Source: Candidatus Woesearchaeota archaeon (GTDB lineage Archaea; Nanobdellota; Nanobdellia; SCGC-AAA011-G17; JACPIM01). From it: a DNA stretch of 64,000 bases. The DNA lies in the NCBI GenBank assembly GCA_964603525.1, contig CAZRVI010000001.1, forward strand, positions 749-64,748, in the 5' to 3' direction. Of the stretch, positions 39,568 to 49,290 are shown piece by piece. The notes beneath the pieces are model-generated. The model did not search any database and had not been told where the DNA came from. It saw only the letters and a list, made by a program, of their open reading frames with translations. Position 1 is the stretch's first letter. Every line of letters starts with the position of its first letter. Made by a program: the position numbers and the translations under genes.

Positions 39568-40674
39568 ATGCATTTGGTTAAGAAATTGGGGATTATAATG
39601 GGTTTATCAGATAAATTGAAATTGGTTAAGGAAGTTGGTGAGGAAATAATTACTGAAACTGAGTTAAAGAATTTATTGGAAACAAAAAAACATCTTTCTG
39701 CTTATGATGGTTTTGAACCCTCTTTTGGTAAAGCACCAATACATTTTGCTATTTATAGAGCGATTAATATTAAGAAGTTGATGAAAGCTGGTATTAGGTT
39801 TAAATTATTATTGGCAGATTATTTTGCGTTTTTGAATAATAAATTAGGTGGTGATTTAAAGAAAATACAAAAAGTTGGGGAATATTTTTTAGAAGTTTGG
39901 AAAGCTGCAGGGGTTAAAACTAGGAAAGTAAAAGTTTATTGGACAAGCGATATTGTTAAGAGTAGAGCATATTGGGATATTGTTTTGAGGATTGCAAGAT
40001 TGATGAGTATTAAAAGAGCATTAAGAGCTACAACAATTATGGGGAGAATTAAAGGAGAGTTACAAAGCGCTGCGCAAGTGTTTTATCCTGCTATGCAAGT
40101 TGCAGATATTTTTCATTTGGGTGTAGATATATGTCAGTTAGGTATGGATCAAAGAAAAGCTAATGTTCTTGCAAGAGAGTTAGCACCTAAATTAGGTTTT
40201 AAAAAACCTGTTTTAGTGCACCATCATATTTTAATTGGTTTAAGGGGCTTACAAAAGAAAAAAAGTATTGAAGCACGTATGATAGCTAGCAAAATGAGTA
40301 AAACAGATCCTAGTTCATGTATTTATGTGCATGACTCTTTTGAAGAAATAAAAAAGAAGTTAGATAAAGCTTATTGTCCAATTAAAAGAACAGAAGGAAA
40401 CCCTTTGATAGAGTATTGTAAATATTTGATTTTTTCACAATTTGATAAAATGAGAATTGAAAGGAGTGATAAATTTGGTGGAAATATAATTGTTGGAAGT
40501 TTTAATGAATTAGTTAGCATGTATGAAAAAGGAAAATTGCATCCTAATGATTTGAAGTTTAATGTTGCTTTATATTTGGATGATATGGTGAGGCCTATTA
40601 GAAGATATTTTGAGAGAAAGAGAAAAGCAAAAAAATTATACGAAACAGTTAGTAAATATGTGTCCACAAGATGA
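39568..40674 (+). CDS. tyrS: Tyrosyl-tRNA synthetase (archaeal type) with a degenerate HIGH motif
   Basis: It aligns with M. jannaschii TyrRS (GFEPS.GK..IH...Y, LLADxxAxLN, YPAMQVADI, GMDQRK, KMSKT). HLGH is replaced by HFAI. Confidence 0.8.
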   Translation: MHLVKKLGIIMGLSDKLKLVKEVGEEIITETELKNLLETKKHLSAYDGFEPSFGKAPIHFAIYRAINIKKLMKAGIRFKLLLADYFAFLNNKLGGDLKKIQKVGEYFLEVWKAAGVKTRKVKVYWTSDIVKSRAYWDIVLRIARLMSIKRALRATTIMGRIKGELQSAAQVFYPAMQVADIFHLGVDICQLGMDQRKANVLARELAPKLGFKKPVLVHHHILIGLRGLQKKKSIEARMIASKMSKTDPSSCIYVHDSFEEIKKKLDKAYCPIKRTEGNPLIEYCKYLIFSQFDKMRIERSDKFGGNIIVGSFNELVSMYEKGKLHPNDLKFNVALYLDDMVRPIRRYFERKRKAKKLYETVSKYVSTR

Positions 40675-41015
40675 GAAAATTATTTTTGGTTTTATTATTA
40701 GTATTTCTTTTTGGATGTGTTCATAAGAACCTCATTTGGGTTGAGAAAGAGCCTGTACAATGTTTAGGTAATGAATGGGAGCAAGATTATTTGGAGAGAA
40801 ATAATATAAAGTTTGAGAATTATCCTATATGGAAGGAAGAGGAAATAATAAAAGAATTTTATTATAGAAGAGGTATAAGGATTTATAAAATTAAAAAGGA
40901 GAAACTGAAAGAAGAGATATTTTGTCAAGCTTGTTCTTGTCCTAGAGGAGATAAGATCAAAGTTTTGATTAATGAGGAAGAGCTGGGCGAGATGAAAGAA
41001 TTTGGATGGAAATGA
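40671..41015 (+). CDS. Small secreted, lipoprotein-like protein
   Basis: Signal peptide MRKLFLVLLLVFLFGC with a lipobox-like Cys. Confidence 0.3.
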   Translation: MRKLFLVLLLVFLFGCVHKNLIWVEKEPVQCLGNEWEQDYLERNNIKFENYPIWKEEEIIKEFYYRRGIRIYKIKKEKLKEEIFCQACSCPRGDKIKVLINEEELGEMKEFGWK

Positions 41016-41737
41016 GAATAGTTAAAGTTCCTTTTTCTGAAGGTAGTTTGGGAAGAAATATTGGTTGTGAAAAAGCTCCCCATGAAATTTGTAAATATTT
41101 AAAATGTTTTGGTATTAGTAGTGTTAAAGTTGTTAAAGGAAATTTAGATGAGACAGGCAAGAATATTGAGAAAGCAAAAGGGGATGTTTTTATTGGAGGG
41201 GATCATTCTTTGACTTATTTTAGTTTTAAAAGCTTTGCGAAAAGAAAGAAAAATCCTGGTTTGCTTATTTTAGATGCACATTTGGATTGTGATTATTATA
41301 CTGGGAGTGTAACTCATGAGGATTTTGTTAGGAAATTGGTTGATGATGGGATTTTAAAAAAGAAAAATATTGTGTGGGTTGGTGTAAGAAGAGTTTTTAA
41401 AGTTGAAAGAGAATTTTGTAAGGGTTTAAATGTTTTTAAAATTAATTCTATAAAAAGAAATTTAAGAAATGTTTGTAGAAATGTTTTGGATTTGTGTAGG
41501 GATTTTAGTGATGTTTATTTGAGTATTGATATAGATGTTTTGGATCCTAAATTTGCTCCTGGTACATATTATAAAGAAAGAAATGGGATGAGTGATAAAG
41601 AATTGTTCTTCTTTTTAAAAAGATTAAGGTTTTTAAGGAATCTTAGGAGAGTAGATTTAGTTGAAGTTAATCCTGATTTAGATGAGGATGAAAAGACAAT
41701 TAAACTCGGAGTTAAAATAATTAATAGATTAAAATGA
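41006..41737 (+). CDS. speB: Arginase-family protein (agmatinase-like)
   Basis: Has the GGDHSLT, DAHLD and SIDIDVLDP Mn-binding motifs. Confidence 0.7.
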   Translation: MEMRIVKVPFSEGSLGRNIGCEKAPHEICKYLKCFGISSVKVVKGNLDETGKNIEKAKGDVFIGGDHSLTYFSFKSFAKRKKNPGLLILDAHLDCDYYTGSVTHEDFVRKLVDDGILKKKNIVWVGVRRVFKVEREFCKGLNVFKINSIKRNLRNVCRNVLDLCRDFSDVYLSIDIDVLDPKFAPGTYYKERNGMSDKELFFFLKRLRFLRNLRRVDLVEVNPDLDEDEKTIKLGVKIINRLK

Positions 41738-42261
41738 GGGCCTTTATATCTATAGAGCTACCGAAAGAGGTTAGAGATGAGCTATGGGAATTACAAAAAG
41801 GGTTTAAAAATTTAGCTAAAGTTAAGTGGGTTGCAAAGAAAAACTATCATGTTTGCCTGAAGTTTCTTGGGGATATTGATGATAGTAAAGTTAAAGAAGT
41901 AAAGGGGGCTTTAAAGAAAGTTAAATTTACACCTTTTGAAGTTAATTTAGGAGAAATTGGAGTTTTTCCTAATGAAAGCCATATAAATGTTATTTGGGTT
42001 GGTTTAGAACCATCTTCTAAGATAATAAATTTACAAAGTGATATTGAAGATTCTTTATATGGGTTATTTGCGAGAGCTAAAAAATTTGCTGTGCATGTAA
42101 CTGTTGGAAGAGTTAAGGGTGTTAAAGATAAGAAAAAATTTATTGAAAAATTAAAAAGTTTACAGGTAAAAAAATTAAAATTTAAAATAGAAAATTTCTA
42201 TTTAGTTAAAAGCGAGTTAACTAAAGAAGGTCCAAAGTATAAAATTTTAGAAAAGTTTTAA
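41734..42261 (+). CDS. ligT: 2'-5' RNA ligase (LigT) / 2H phosphoesterase
   Basis: Has two Hx(T/S)x motifs (HVCLKF, HVTVGR) and is about 175 aa. Confidence 0.6.
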   Translation: MRAFISIELPKEVRDELWELQKGFKNLAKVKWVAKKNYHVCLKFLGDIDDSKVKEVKGALKKVKFTPFEVNLGEIGVFPNESHINVIWVGLEPSSKIINLQSDIEDSLYGLFARAKKFAVHVTVGRVKGVKDKKKFIEKLKSLQVKKLKFKIENFYLVKSELTKEGPKYKILEKF

Positions 42262-42264
42262 TAT

Positions 42265-42795
42265 TTGTTTTTTTCTTTAGGATTTCTTATGAATGGTGAA
42301 ATGGTTATTGTTGTAGATGAGAAGGACAAATTTATCAGAGAAGAAGATAAATTGAAATGTCATTTGGGTGAAGGTGTTTTGCACAGAGCTTTTATTGTTA
42401 TGGTTTTTAGTGGAGATAAGATTTTGTTGACTAAAAGAAGTAATAAGAAGTTTTTATGGCCTTGTTATTGGGATGGAAGCGTGGCAAGCCATGTCAGGAA
42501 TGGAGAAAGTTATGAAGAGGCTGCTAAGAGAAGATTGAAAGAGGAAATTGGTATTGATTCTAAACCCTGGTTTTTATCTAAGTTTAAATATAAATCTAAG
42601 TATAAGGATGTTGGTGTGGAATATGAAATTTGCGCTGTTTTAAAAGCGGATTTAAATAGTAAATTAAGAATTAATTATGATGAGATTTCTGAATATAAGT
42701 TTGTTAATATTAAAAAAGTTATAAGAGATGTTAAATTAAATCCTGAGATTTATTGTCCTTGGTTTGTTAGTGCTTTAAAAAAATTTAATATTTAG
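42265..42795 (+). CDS. Nudix-fold protein resembling type 1 isopentenyl-diphosphate isomerase
   Basis: LHRAFIVMVF...ILLTKRS..K..WP..W..S.ASH...GES..EAAKRRLKEEIGI. Confidence 0.5.
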   Translation: MFFSLGFLMNGEMVIVVDEKDKFIREEDKLKCHLGEGVLHRAFIVMVFSGDKILLTKRSNKKFLWPCYWDGSVASHVRNGESYEEAAKRRLKEEIGIDSKPWFLSKFKYKSKYKDVGVEYEICAVLKADLNSKLRINYDEISEYKFVNIKKVIRDVKLNPEIYCPWFVSALKKFNI

Positions 42796-43450
42796 TTTCT
42801 ATAACATTTTTTATTAATTTGGCTTTTTTAGGTCCTATCTTTTTGATTTTTTGCAATTTTTCTTCTGACGCATTGATTATGCTTTTTACTGATTTAAACT
42901 TTTTTAATAACGATCTTGCTAGTATAGCACCTATTCCCGGTAAAGATTCTATAATGTATTCCTGCTGTTCTTTTAATGTTGGAGGTTTTCTTTTTTTGAG
43001 TAAAGAGATTGTAGAGGTTTGTTTTTTCAATCTTTTTGCTATGATTTTTATTAAAGAGGCTGTATCTCTATAGTTTTTTGTTTGTAAAATTGGGATTTGA
43101 AAATCAATGGCTATTGATGCAAGCATTCCACGAATAGCATTTGGATGAAAATTTCTTATCATGTATATATTTTCATGACCCTCTATTATTAAAAGTGGAA
43201 CTTGAAAATTTTCTTTTAACCTTAGTAATTGTTGAATTATTCTTTTGTCTATTATTGAGTTTAGAAAATCGTTGAGAACTTTTCTTTCAATTCCTACCTG
43301 AATTTCTTTTCCATCTGTATTTTTTGTTTGGATTATGTAATCCGCAGTAATTAGTTGTTTTACTTTAGTGTCTAGATCTTTTGCAAGTTCTACTATGAGT
43401 TCTTTTGGTTCTCTGTTGTCAATTATTACTTTAGGCATTTTAGAACTCAT
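42785..43450 (-). CDS. hef: Hef/XPF-type ERCC4 nuclease domain plus HhH2, encoded as a separate gene
   Basis: IIDNREP...ADYII...ERK is the ERCC4 signature, followed by a C-terminal (HhH)2. The start overlaps the stop of the upstream helicase gene by 11 nt. Confidence 0.8.
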   Translation of the reverse strand: MSSKMPKVIIDNREPKELIVELAKDLDTKVKQLITADYIIQTKNTDGKEIQVGIERKVLNDFLNSIIDKRIIQQLLRLKENFQVPLLIIEGHENIYMIRNFHPNAIRGMLASIAIDFQIPILQTKNYRDTASLIKIIAKRLKKQTSTISLLKKRKPPTLKEQQEYIIESLPGIGAILARSLLKKFKSVKSIINASEEKLQKIKKIGPKKAKLIKNVIETKY

Positions 43451-44930
43451 TTATATTTTTATGTTTCATGTAATTTAGTAAATATTTCATTCTTTTTTCT
43501 TTTCTATGTGATGCCCAATAGTATGCTTCATCCCTTGTTCCTCTTGTTATCAAGAATATTATTTTTCCTGGTTTAGTTCTTGCGGTTCTTCCAGCTCTCT
43601 GCACTTTTCTTAATTCGCTAGCGATTGGTTCAAAAAAAATAACTGCGGTTGTTTCAATTATATCAATTCCTTCTTCAGCTACTTGTGAAGCAACAAGTAT
43701 GTTAAAATTACCTTCTTTGAATTTATTTAATAATTCTATTTGTTCCTTTTGTTTTAGTCCTTTTTCGGATTTGTTTGCTTGCCCAACAAATCTTTCAGCC
43801 TTTATTCCAAGTTCTTTTAATTTGTTAACTATTTCTGTAATTGTGTTTCTGTAGTTAGCAAAAACAATAATTCTTGCTTTTGGATATGTGTTTAGTTCTT
43901 TTTTAATTATTTCAATTAATTTTTCTAGTTTTGGATGTGGTTCATCAATATCATTTATTAGGTTTTTTATTTCTATTATCTTTGGGTTTTTGAGTATTAT
44001 TTTGGATGCTTTTGAACTTTCTTTTCCTAATTTTTCTATGAATCTTTTAAAAGAATTTACTCCCTGAGTTTCTAATAATTCTGTGGCGTAATTTAATTTT
44101 AATAATTGAGCTATTAAAGAGATTCCTGAAAAGGCTAATTTGTTTTTTTCCTTTATCTTGTTTTGGAACTGTTTTTGAAATAGTAATAAATCCTTTTTTG
44201 TTATTAATTTTATAGGTTTTATGATCCCATAATTCGATAAAGACTTTAGTTTTTCTTTATAAACTTGGTTTATTAGTTTTAGAATTATTTTATATTCAGC
44301 AGGTAGTTCTAGTTTTATCCATTCAATTTCTTTTTTTTGAATATATTTTTTAACATCTTTATCTGATTCTGTTCTTACTTCTATTGCGTCTATAAATAGA
44401 TTTTCTTTTATTTCATTTATTTTTTCTTTAGTTGAACCAGGAGATGCTGTTAATGCTAAAATTCTAGGGAATTTTGAAGTTGTTATATATTTCTTAGCTA
44501 AAATGGTATTTGCATATTTTTGTCTTGATCTATGGGCTTCGTCTAGAATTAATAGTGAGACATTTTTGAAATTAAACCTGTTGCTCTCTAAATCCGATTT
44601 TATTGTTTGTGGCGTAGCGATTATTATTGATGATTTGTTATAAATATCTGGTCTTTTATTTTGATGAATTTGTCCTGTTAGTAATGAGATTATTTTGTTT
44701 GTTTGAGTGTATTTTTGGAATGTTTTAAGATGTTGATTGCATAAAGGTTTTGTTGGAGAACATAAAATTACCTTTGATTTGGGATATTCTTTTAATCGGT
44801 GCATGGTAAGTAGCAATGCGATTACAGTTTTTCCTGTTCCAGTTGGTAGAACTACTAAAGTATTCTTTTCTTTAGTTGTTTTGAATATGGTTTTTTGATA
44901 GTCTCTGGGTTCAAGATTAGTTAATTCCAT
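43440..44930 (-). CDS. hef: Hef-type SF2 helicase domain protein
   Basis: Has the helicase motifs I (PTGTGKT), II (DEAH), III and VI (QRAGRTAR). Confidence 0.8.
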   Translation of the reverse strand: MELTNLEPRDYQKTIFKTTKEKNTLVVLPTGTGKTVIALLLTMHRLKEYPKSKVILCSPTKPLCNQHLKTFQKYTQTNKIISLLTGQIHQNKRPDIYNKSSIIIATPQTIKSDLESNRFNFKNVSLLILDEAHRSRQKYANTILAKKYITTSKFPRILALTASPGSTKEKINEIKENLFIDAIEVRTESDKDVKKYIQKKEIEWIKLELPAEYKIILKLINQVYKEKLKSLSNYGIIKPIKLITKKDLLLFQKQFQNKIKEKNKLAFSGISLIAQLLKLNYATELLETQGVNSFKRFIEKLGKESSKASKIILKNPKIIEIKNLINDIDEPHPKLEKLIEIIKKELNTYPKARIIVFANYRNTITEIVNKLKELGIKAERFVGQANKSEKGLKQKEQIELLNKFKEGNFNILVASQVAEEGIDIIETTAVIFFEPIASELRKVQRAGRTARTKPGKIIFLITRGTRDEAYYWASHRKEKRMKYLLNYMKHKNINEF

Positions 44931-44984
44931 GATTTGGTTTTAAAATGATAAAGTATATAAATATTGTTTTTGTTTTTTTAATTT

Positions 44985-47807
44985 ATGTTTGATTTAATTA
45001 ATCTTGAAAAGGATGTATTGAAATTTTGGGAAAAAAATAAAATTTATTCTACTTTAAAAAAGAAAAGGAAAAAAAATAAGGGTTTTTATTTTTTAGATGG
45101 TCCTCCTTATACTTCTGGAGAGGTTCATATTGGTACTGCTTGGAATAAGGTATTAAAAGATTGTATTCTGAGATATAAAAGGATGCAGGGATTTGATGTT
45201 TGGGATAGGGCAGGTTATGACATGCATGGGTTACCTACTGCTCATGCAGTTGAGAAGAAACTAGATTTAAAACACAAAGAAGATATACCTAAATTTGGAG
45301 TTTCTAAATTTATAGAAGAGTGTAAGAAATTTTCTTTAAAGAATTTAAAAAAGATGAATGAAGATTTTATGAGATTGGGGGTTTGGATGGATTTTAAGAA
45401 TGCGTACCAAACAATTAATCCAGAATTTATTGAAGGAGAATGGTGGTTAGTGAAACAAGCTGAAAAGAAAAAAAGATTGTATGAGGGAGAAAAAGTCATG
45501 CATTGGTGTCCTAATTGTGCAACTGCTTTAGCAAAACATGAATTGGAGTATAGAAATAAACAAGATGATTCTGGTTTTTTTAAATTTAGAGTTAAAAATA
45601 ATGAGAACGAGTTTTTGGTTATCTGGACTACAACTTTTTGGACATTAGATTTTAATGTTGCTGTAATGGTTAATCCTGATTTGGATTATGTTAGAGCAAA
45701 AGTTGGAAATGAAGTTTGGATTGTTGCAAAAGATCTGGTTTCTGATTTAGAGGAAATTACGAATAAGAGATTTAAAATAATTGAAGAGTTTAAAGGCAAA
45801 AATTTAGATGGATTAAAATATGAACATCCCTTTTATAATGAGTTAAGAGAACATTTTGATAGGTTAAGAAAGGAGTCGAATAGGGTTCACACAATTTTGC
45901 TGTCTAAGGAATATGTTGATACAAGTTCTGGTTCGGGATTGGTACATTGTGCAGTTGGTTGTGGCGTAGAAGATTATGAAGTTGGGCATAAATACGGGAT
46001 TTTACCTTTTAATGAGGTGGATGAATTTGGTTATTACAGGAGTAATATGGGAAAATTTTCTGGTTGGCATGTTTTTGTTGATATTGATAAATTTGTAGAA
46101 GCTTATAAAGATAAAGGTTCTTTAATTTATGTAACCCCTATAGAACACGAGTATCCTCACTGTTGGAGATGTCATGAGCCAGTTATTTTTAGAACAACAA
46201 AACAATGGTTCTTTAAAGTTGAAGATTTAATTCCTAAAATGAGGAAATTGAATAAGAAAATTAGATGGCAGCCAAGTTGGGCTGGTGAAAGGTGGTTTGA
46301 TTCTTGGTTAGAAAATTTAAGAGATAATGGTATTACAAGACAAAGGTATTGGGGTGCACCCTTGCCGATATGGAAGTGTGATAAGTGCGAAGATTATATC
46401 GTTATTGGCTCTAGAGATGAATTAAAAAAGTTATCAGGGAAGTTTCCTAGGGATTTACATAGGCCTTATATTGATAGAATTACAATTAAATGTAAGTGTG
46501 GGGGGGTTAAGAAAAGAATTCCTGATATTTTGGATGTTTGGATTGATGCAGGAACTACAAGCTGGACTTGTTTGGATTTTCCTCAAAAGAAAGATTTATT
46601 TAAAAAATTATGGCCTGCTGATTTTATATTGGAAGGTAAGGATCAAATAAGAGGGTGGTTTAATTTATTGTTGGTTTCTTCTATGTTGGCTTTTGGAAAA
46701 CATCCATATAAATCTTGTTATATGCATGGATTTATTCAAGATGCAAAGGGTAGAAAGATGAGTAAAAGTTTAAAGAATTATATTTCGCCTTATGAAGTTA
46801 TAAATAAATATGGTGCAGATACATTTAGATATTATAGTATTGGTGGTGCAAATCCTGGATTAGATTTAAATTATAATTTTGAGGATATGAAAGTTAAATT
46901 TAGGAATTTAAATATTTTATATAATCTTTCTAATTTATTGTTGAATTATTGTGATAAGAAACAAAGTAAGGTTGATTTGGATTTAGAGGAAAAATATATT
47001 TTTTCTAAACTGCATTCTTGTATAGAAAAAGCAACAAAAGCTTTTGAGGACTATAGAATTAATGAAGTTCCATGGATTATTGAAGAAGTGTTTTTAGAAT
47101 TAAGCAGAACATATGTCCAATTGACAAGAGATAAGATTAATAATAATCCAAAGCCAGTTTTATATACAATTTATAATGTTTTATTTGAAATTTTAAAATT
47201 ATTTGCACCAATATGTCCTTTTATTACAGAAGAGATTTACCAAAAATTGAAAAAAAGATTTAAGTTAAAGGAGGAAAGTATACATTTTTATAAATGGCCA
47301 AGATTTGATAGGAAATTGGTTAATAAAAAATTAGAAGAAAGTTTTGATTTGATGAAGGATATTATTCAAGAGGCTTTGGCACAAAGAGAAGAAGCAAAGT
47401 TAGGAATAAGATGGCCTTTGCCTAAATTGACAATCTTTGTAAAAGAAACTGGATTAAATAAATTAAAAAAACTTATTAAGCAAGCAATAAATGTTAAAAA
47501 AGTTGAAATTAAAAAAGGCAAGTTTAAAGTTAGATTGGATACTAACTTAACAGAAAAACTTGAAGGAGAAGGTTATGCTAGAGAATTAATGAGAAAGATC
47601 CAAAGTTTAAGGAAAAAAGCTAATTTACAAAGAAAAGACAAAATAAAATTAAGTATTTACTCTGAATATGATTTAAGCATGTTTAGTAATGAAATTAAAA
47701 ATAAAGTTGGTGCTGAAAAAATATCTTTTAAAAAAGGAAATTATAAGATTAAAAGTATTGAGAAAATTAAGGAGAAGAATTTTGAAATAAGCTTCCAAAA
47801 AGTTTAA
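44985..47807 (+). CDS. ileS: Isoleucyl-tRNA synthetase (reduced, 940 aa)
   Basis: PYTSGEVHIGTAWNKVLKD...GYDMHGLP...KMSKS, plus a C-terminal GYARELMRKIQSLRKK segment typical of IleRS. Leu or Val specificity cannot be excluded. Confidence 0.6.
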   Translation: MFDLINLEKDVLKFWEKNKIYSTLKKKRKKNKGFYFLDGPPYTSGEVHIGTAWNKVLKDCILRYKRMQGFDVWDRAGYDMHGLPTAHAVEKKLDLKHKEDIPKFGVSKFIEECKKFSLKNLKKMNEDFMRLGVWMDFKNAYQTINPEFIEGEWWLVKQAEKKKRLYEGEKVMHWCPNCATALAKHELEYRNKQDDSGFFKFRVKNNENEFLVIWTTTFWTLDFNVAVMVNPDLDYVRAKVGNEVWIVAKDLVSDLEEITNKRFKIIEEFKGKNLDGLKYEHPFYNELREHFDRLRKESNRVHTILLSKEYVDTSSGSGLVHCAVGCGVEDYEVGHKYGILPFNEVDEFGYYRSNMGKFSGWHVFVDIDKFVEAYKDKGSLIYVTPIEHEYPHCWRCHEPVIFRTTKQWFFKVEDLIPKMRKLNKKIRWQPSWAGERWFDSWLENLRDNGITRQRYWGAPLPIWKCDKCEDYIVIGSRDELKKLSGKFPRDLHRPYIDRITIKCKCGGVKKRIPDILDVWIDAGTTSWTCLDFPQKKDLFKKLWPADFILEGKDQIRGWFNLLLVSSMLAFGKHPYKSCYMHGFIQDAKGRKMSKSLKNYISPYEVINKYGADTFRYYSIGGANPGLDLNYNFEDMKVKFRNLNILYNLSNLLLNYCDKKQSKVDLDLEEKYIFSKLHSCIEKATKAFEDYRINEVPWIIEEVFLELSRTYVQLTRDKINNNPKPVLYTIYNVLFEILKLFAPICPFITEEIYQKLKKRFKLKEESIHFYKWPRFDRKLVNKKLEESFDLMKDIIQEALAQREEAKLGIRWPLPKLTIFVKETGLNKLKKLIKQAINVKKVEIKKGKFKVRLDTNLTEKLEGEGYARELMRKIQSLRKKANLQRKDKIKLSIYSEYDLSMFSNEIKNKVGAEKISFKKGNYKIKSIEKIKEKNFEISFQKV

Positions 47808-47836
47808 ATAATTATAAATTAATTTAATTTAAAGAG

Positions 47837-48619
47837 GTGAACATGAAAAAAATTTTATTTGCTATTTTGACTTTGGTATTGTTGTGTTCTATTGTATCAG
47901 CATTTAGTTTTGCAGATTTGGTAGGTTATGTTGTTAAGAATAACCCTCCTGTAACGAATTTAATTTCTCCAAAAAATAATGCTGTTTCTAATAAATTAAT
48001 TTTTGTTTGGGATTATAAAGATATTGAAGGAGATAAACAAACAGGGTATCTCTTACAATTAGATGATGATTGGAGATTTGAGAGTCCTTATAATTTTTAT
48101 GGTTTGGATGAGACAAGATTGGAAGTGAGTTTAGATTTAAAAGAAGGGCCTTATTATTGGAGAGTAAAGAGCAGAGATATATATGGTTGGGGGGAATTTA
48201 GCGATTGGAGAAGATTTGATTTAGATTTGAATGTTAGGGTATGTAAAGATGGAACTCTTTTTTGGGAATGTTCTTCTAATGTCCCTTATTATTGTGATGG
48301 TGGTGTTTTAGTGGAGGATTGTAGGAGGTGTGGTTGTGATATAAATGAAATTTGTCAGGCAAATGGTATTTGTTTATTGAGAATGTGTTCTGATAGGACA
48401 AGGTATGGTGAATGTAGTTCTTATAAACCAAAATATTGTCAAAACGGAAAACTAGTTGATGTATGTTCTTTATGTGGTTGTCCTGAAGGATTGGTTTGTC
48501 AAAGTGACGGAAGATGTGCTGTTGAAGTCATTGTGAAAGAAAAATTAATAGAAGAAGAACCAAGAACAATTTTAGAGTATATTGTTACTTTTTTTAAGAA
48601 GTTATTTGGTGGTTTATAA
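47837..48619 (+). CDS. Secreted cysteine-rich repeat protein
   Basis: Signal peptide, then two repeats of about 45 aa with C..C..CGC..C spacing. Confidence 0.5.
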   Translation: MNMKKILFAILTLVLLCSIVSAFSFADLVGYVVKNNPPVTNLISPKNNAVSNKLIFVWDYKDIEGDKQTGYLLQLDDDWRFESPYNFYGLDETRLEVSLDLKEGPYYWRVKSRDIYGWGEFSDWRRFDLDLNVRVCKDGTLFWECSSNVPYYCDGGVLVEDCRRCGCDINEICQANGICLLRMCSDRTRYGECSSYKPKYCQNGKLVDVCSLCGCPEGLVCQSDGRCAVEVIVKEKLIEEEPRTILEYIVTFFKKLFGGL

Positions 48620-48670
48620 ATAAGTTTAAATATTTTTCTGTTGTTATAAATATTATTCTTATCTATTTGA

Positions 48671-49237
48671 GTGGGGGGATATTTTATGGCTAAAACTAAA
48701 AAAGAAATTAAAATTCAAAATATTGTAGCTTCTGCTTCTTTAGATCATGATATTCCTTTAATTAAATTAGCAGAGGCCTTACCAAATACAGAATATAATC
48801 CGGAGCAATTTCCTGGTTTAGTGATGAGGATTAAAGAACCAAAAACAAGTGCATTAATATTTAGTTCTGGGAAAATAGTATGTACTGGTGCAAAATCAAT
48901 GAGGAAGGTTAGATTAGCTATTGATGTTATAATTAAGAATCTAAGTAAAATTAAAGTCAAAATTAAAAAAAGACCGAAAATAAATGTTCAAAACATGGTT
49001 GCTTCTGGGAGTATAGGTATTGATTTGAATTTGAATAAATTGGCAATGGATTTAGAAAATACAGAATACGAGCCAGAGCAATTTCCTGGTCTAGTTTATA
49101 AGTTACCTGGAACAAGAGCAACTTTCTTATTATTTAGTAATGGAAAAATAGTTTGTACAGGCACTAGATCTGAGACCAAGTTAAGAGAGGCTGTTGATAA
49201 ACTGGTTAGAAACTTAGCTAAAATAGGAAGAAAATAG
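48671..49237 (+). CDS. tbp: TATA-box binding protein
   Basis: Two direct repeats (IQNIVASASL.../VQNMVASGSI...). Confidence 0.9.
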   Translation: MGGYFMAKTKKEIKIQNIVASASLDHDIPLIKLAEALPNTEYNPEQFPGLVMRIKEPKTSALIFSSGKIVCTGAKSMRKVRLAIDVIIKNLSKIKVKIKKRPKINVQNMVASGSIGIDLNLNKLAMDLENTEYEPEQFPGLVYKLPGTRATFLLFSNGKIVCTGTRSETKLREAVDKLVRNLAKIGRK

Positions 49238-49290
49238 ATTAACAAAATAGATATTTTGAAGAAAATAAATATTTTTATTAGTTGAAATAA

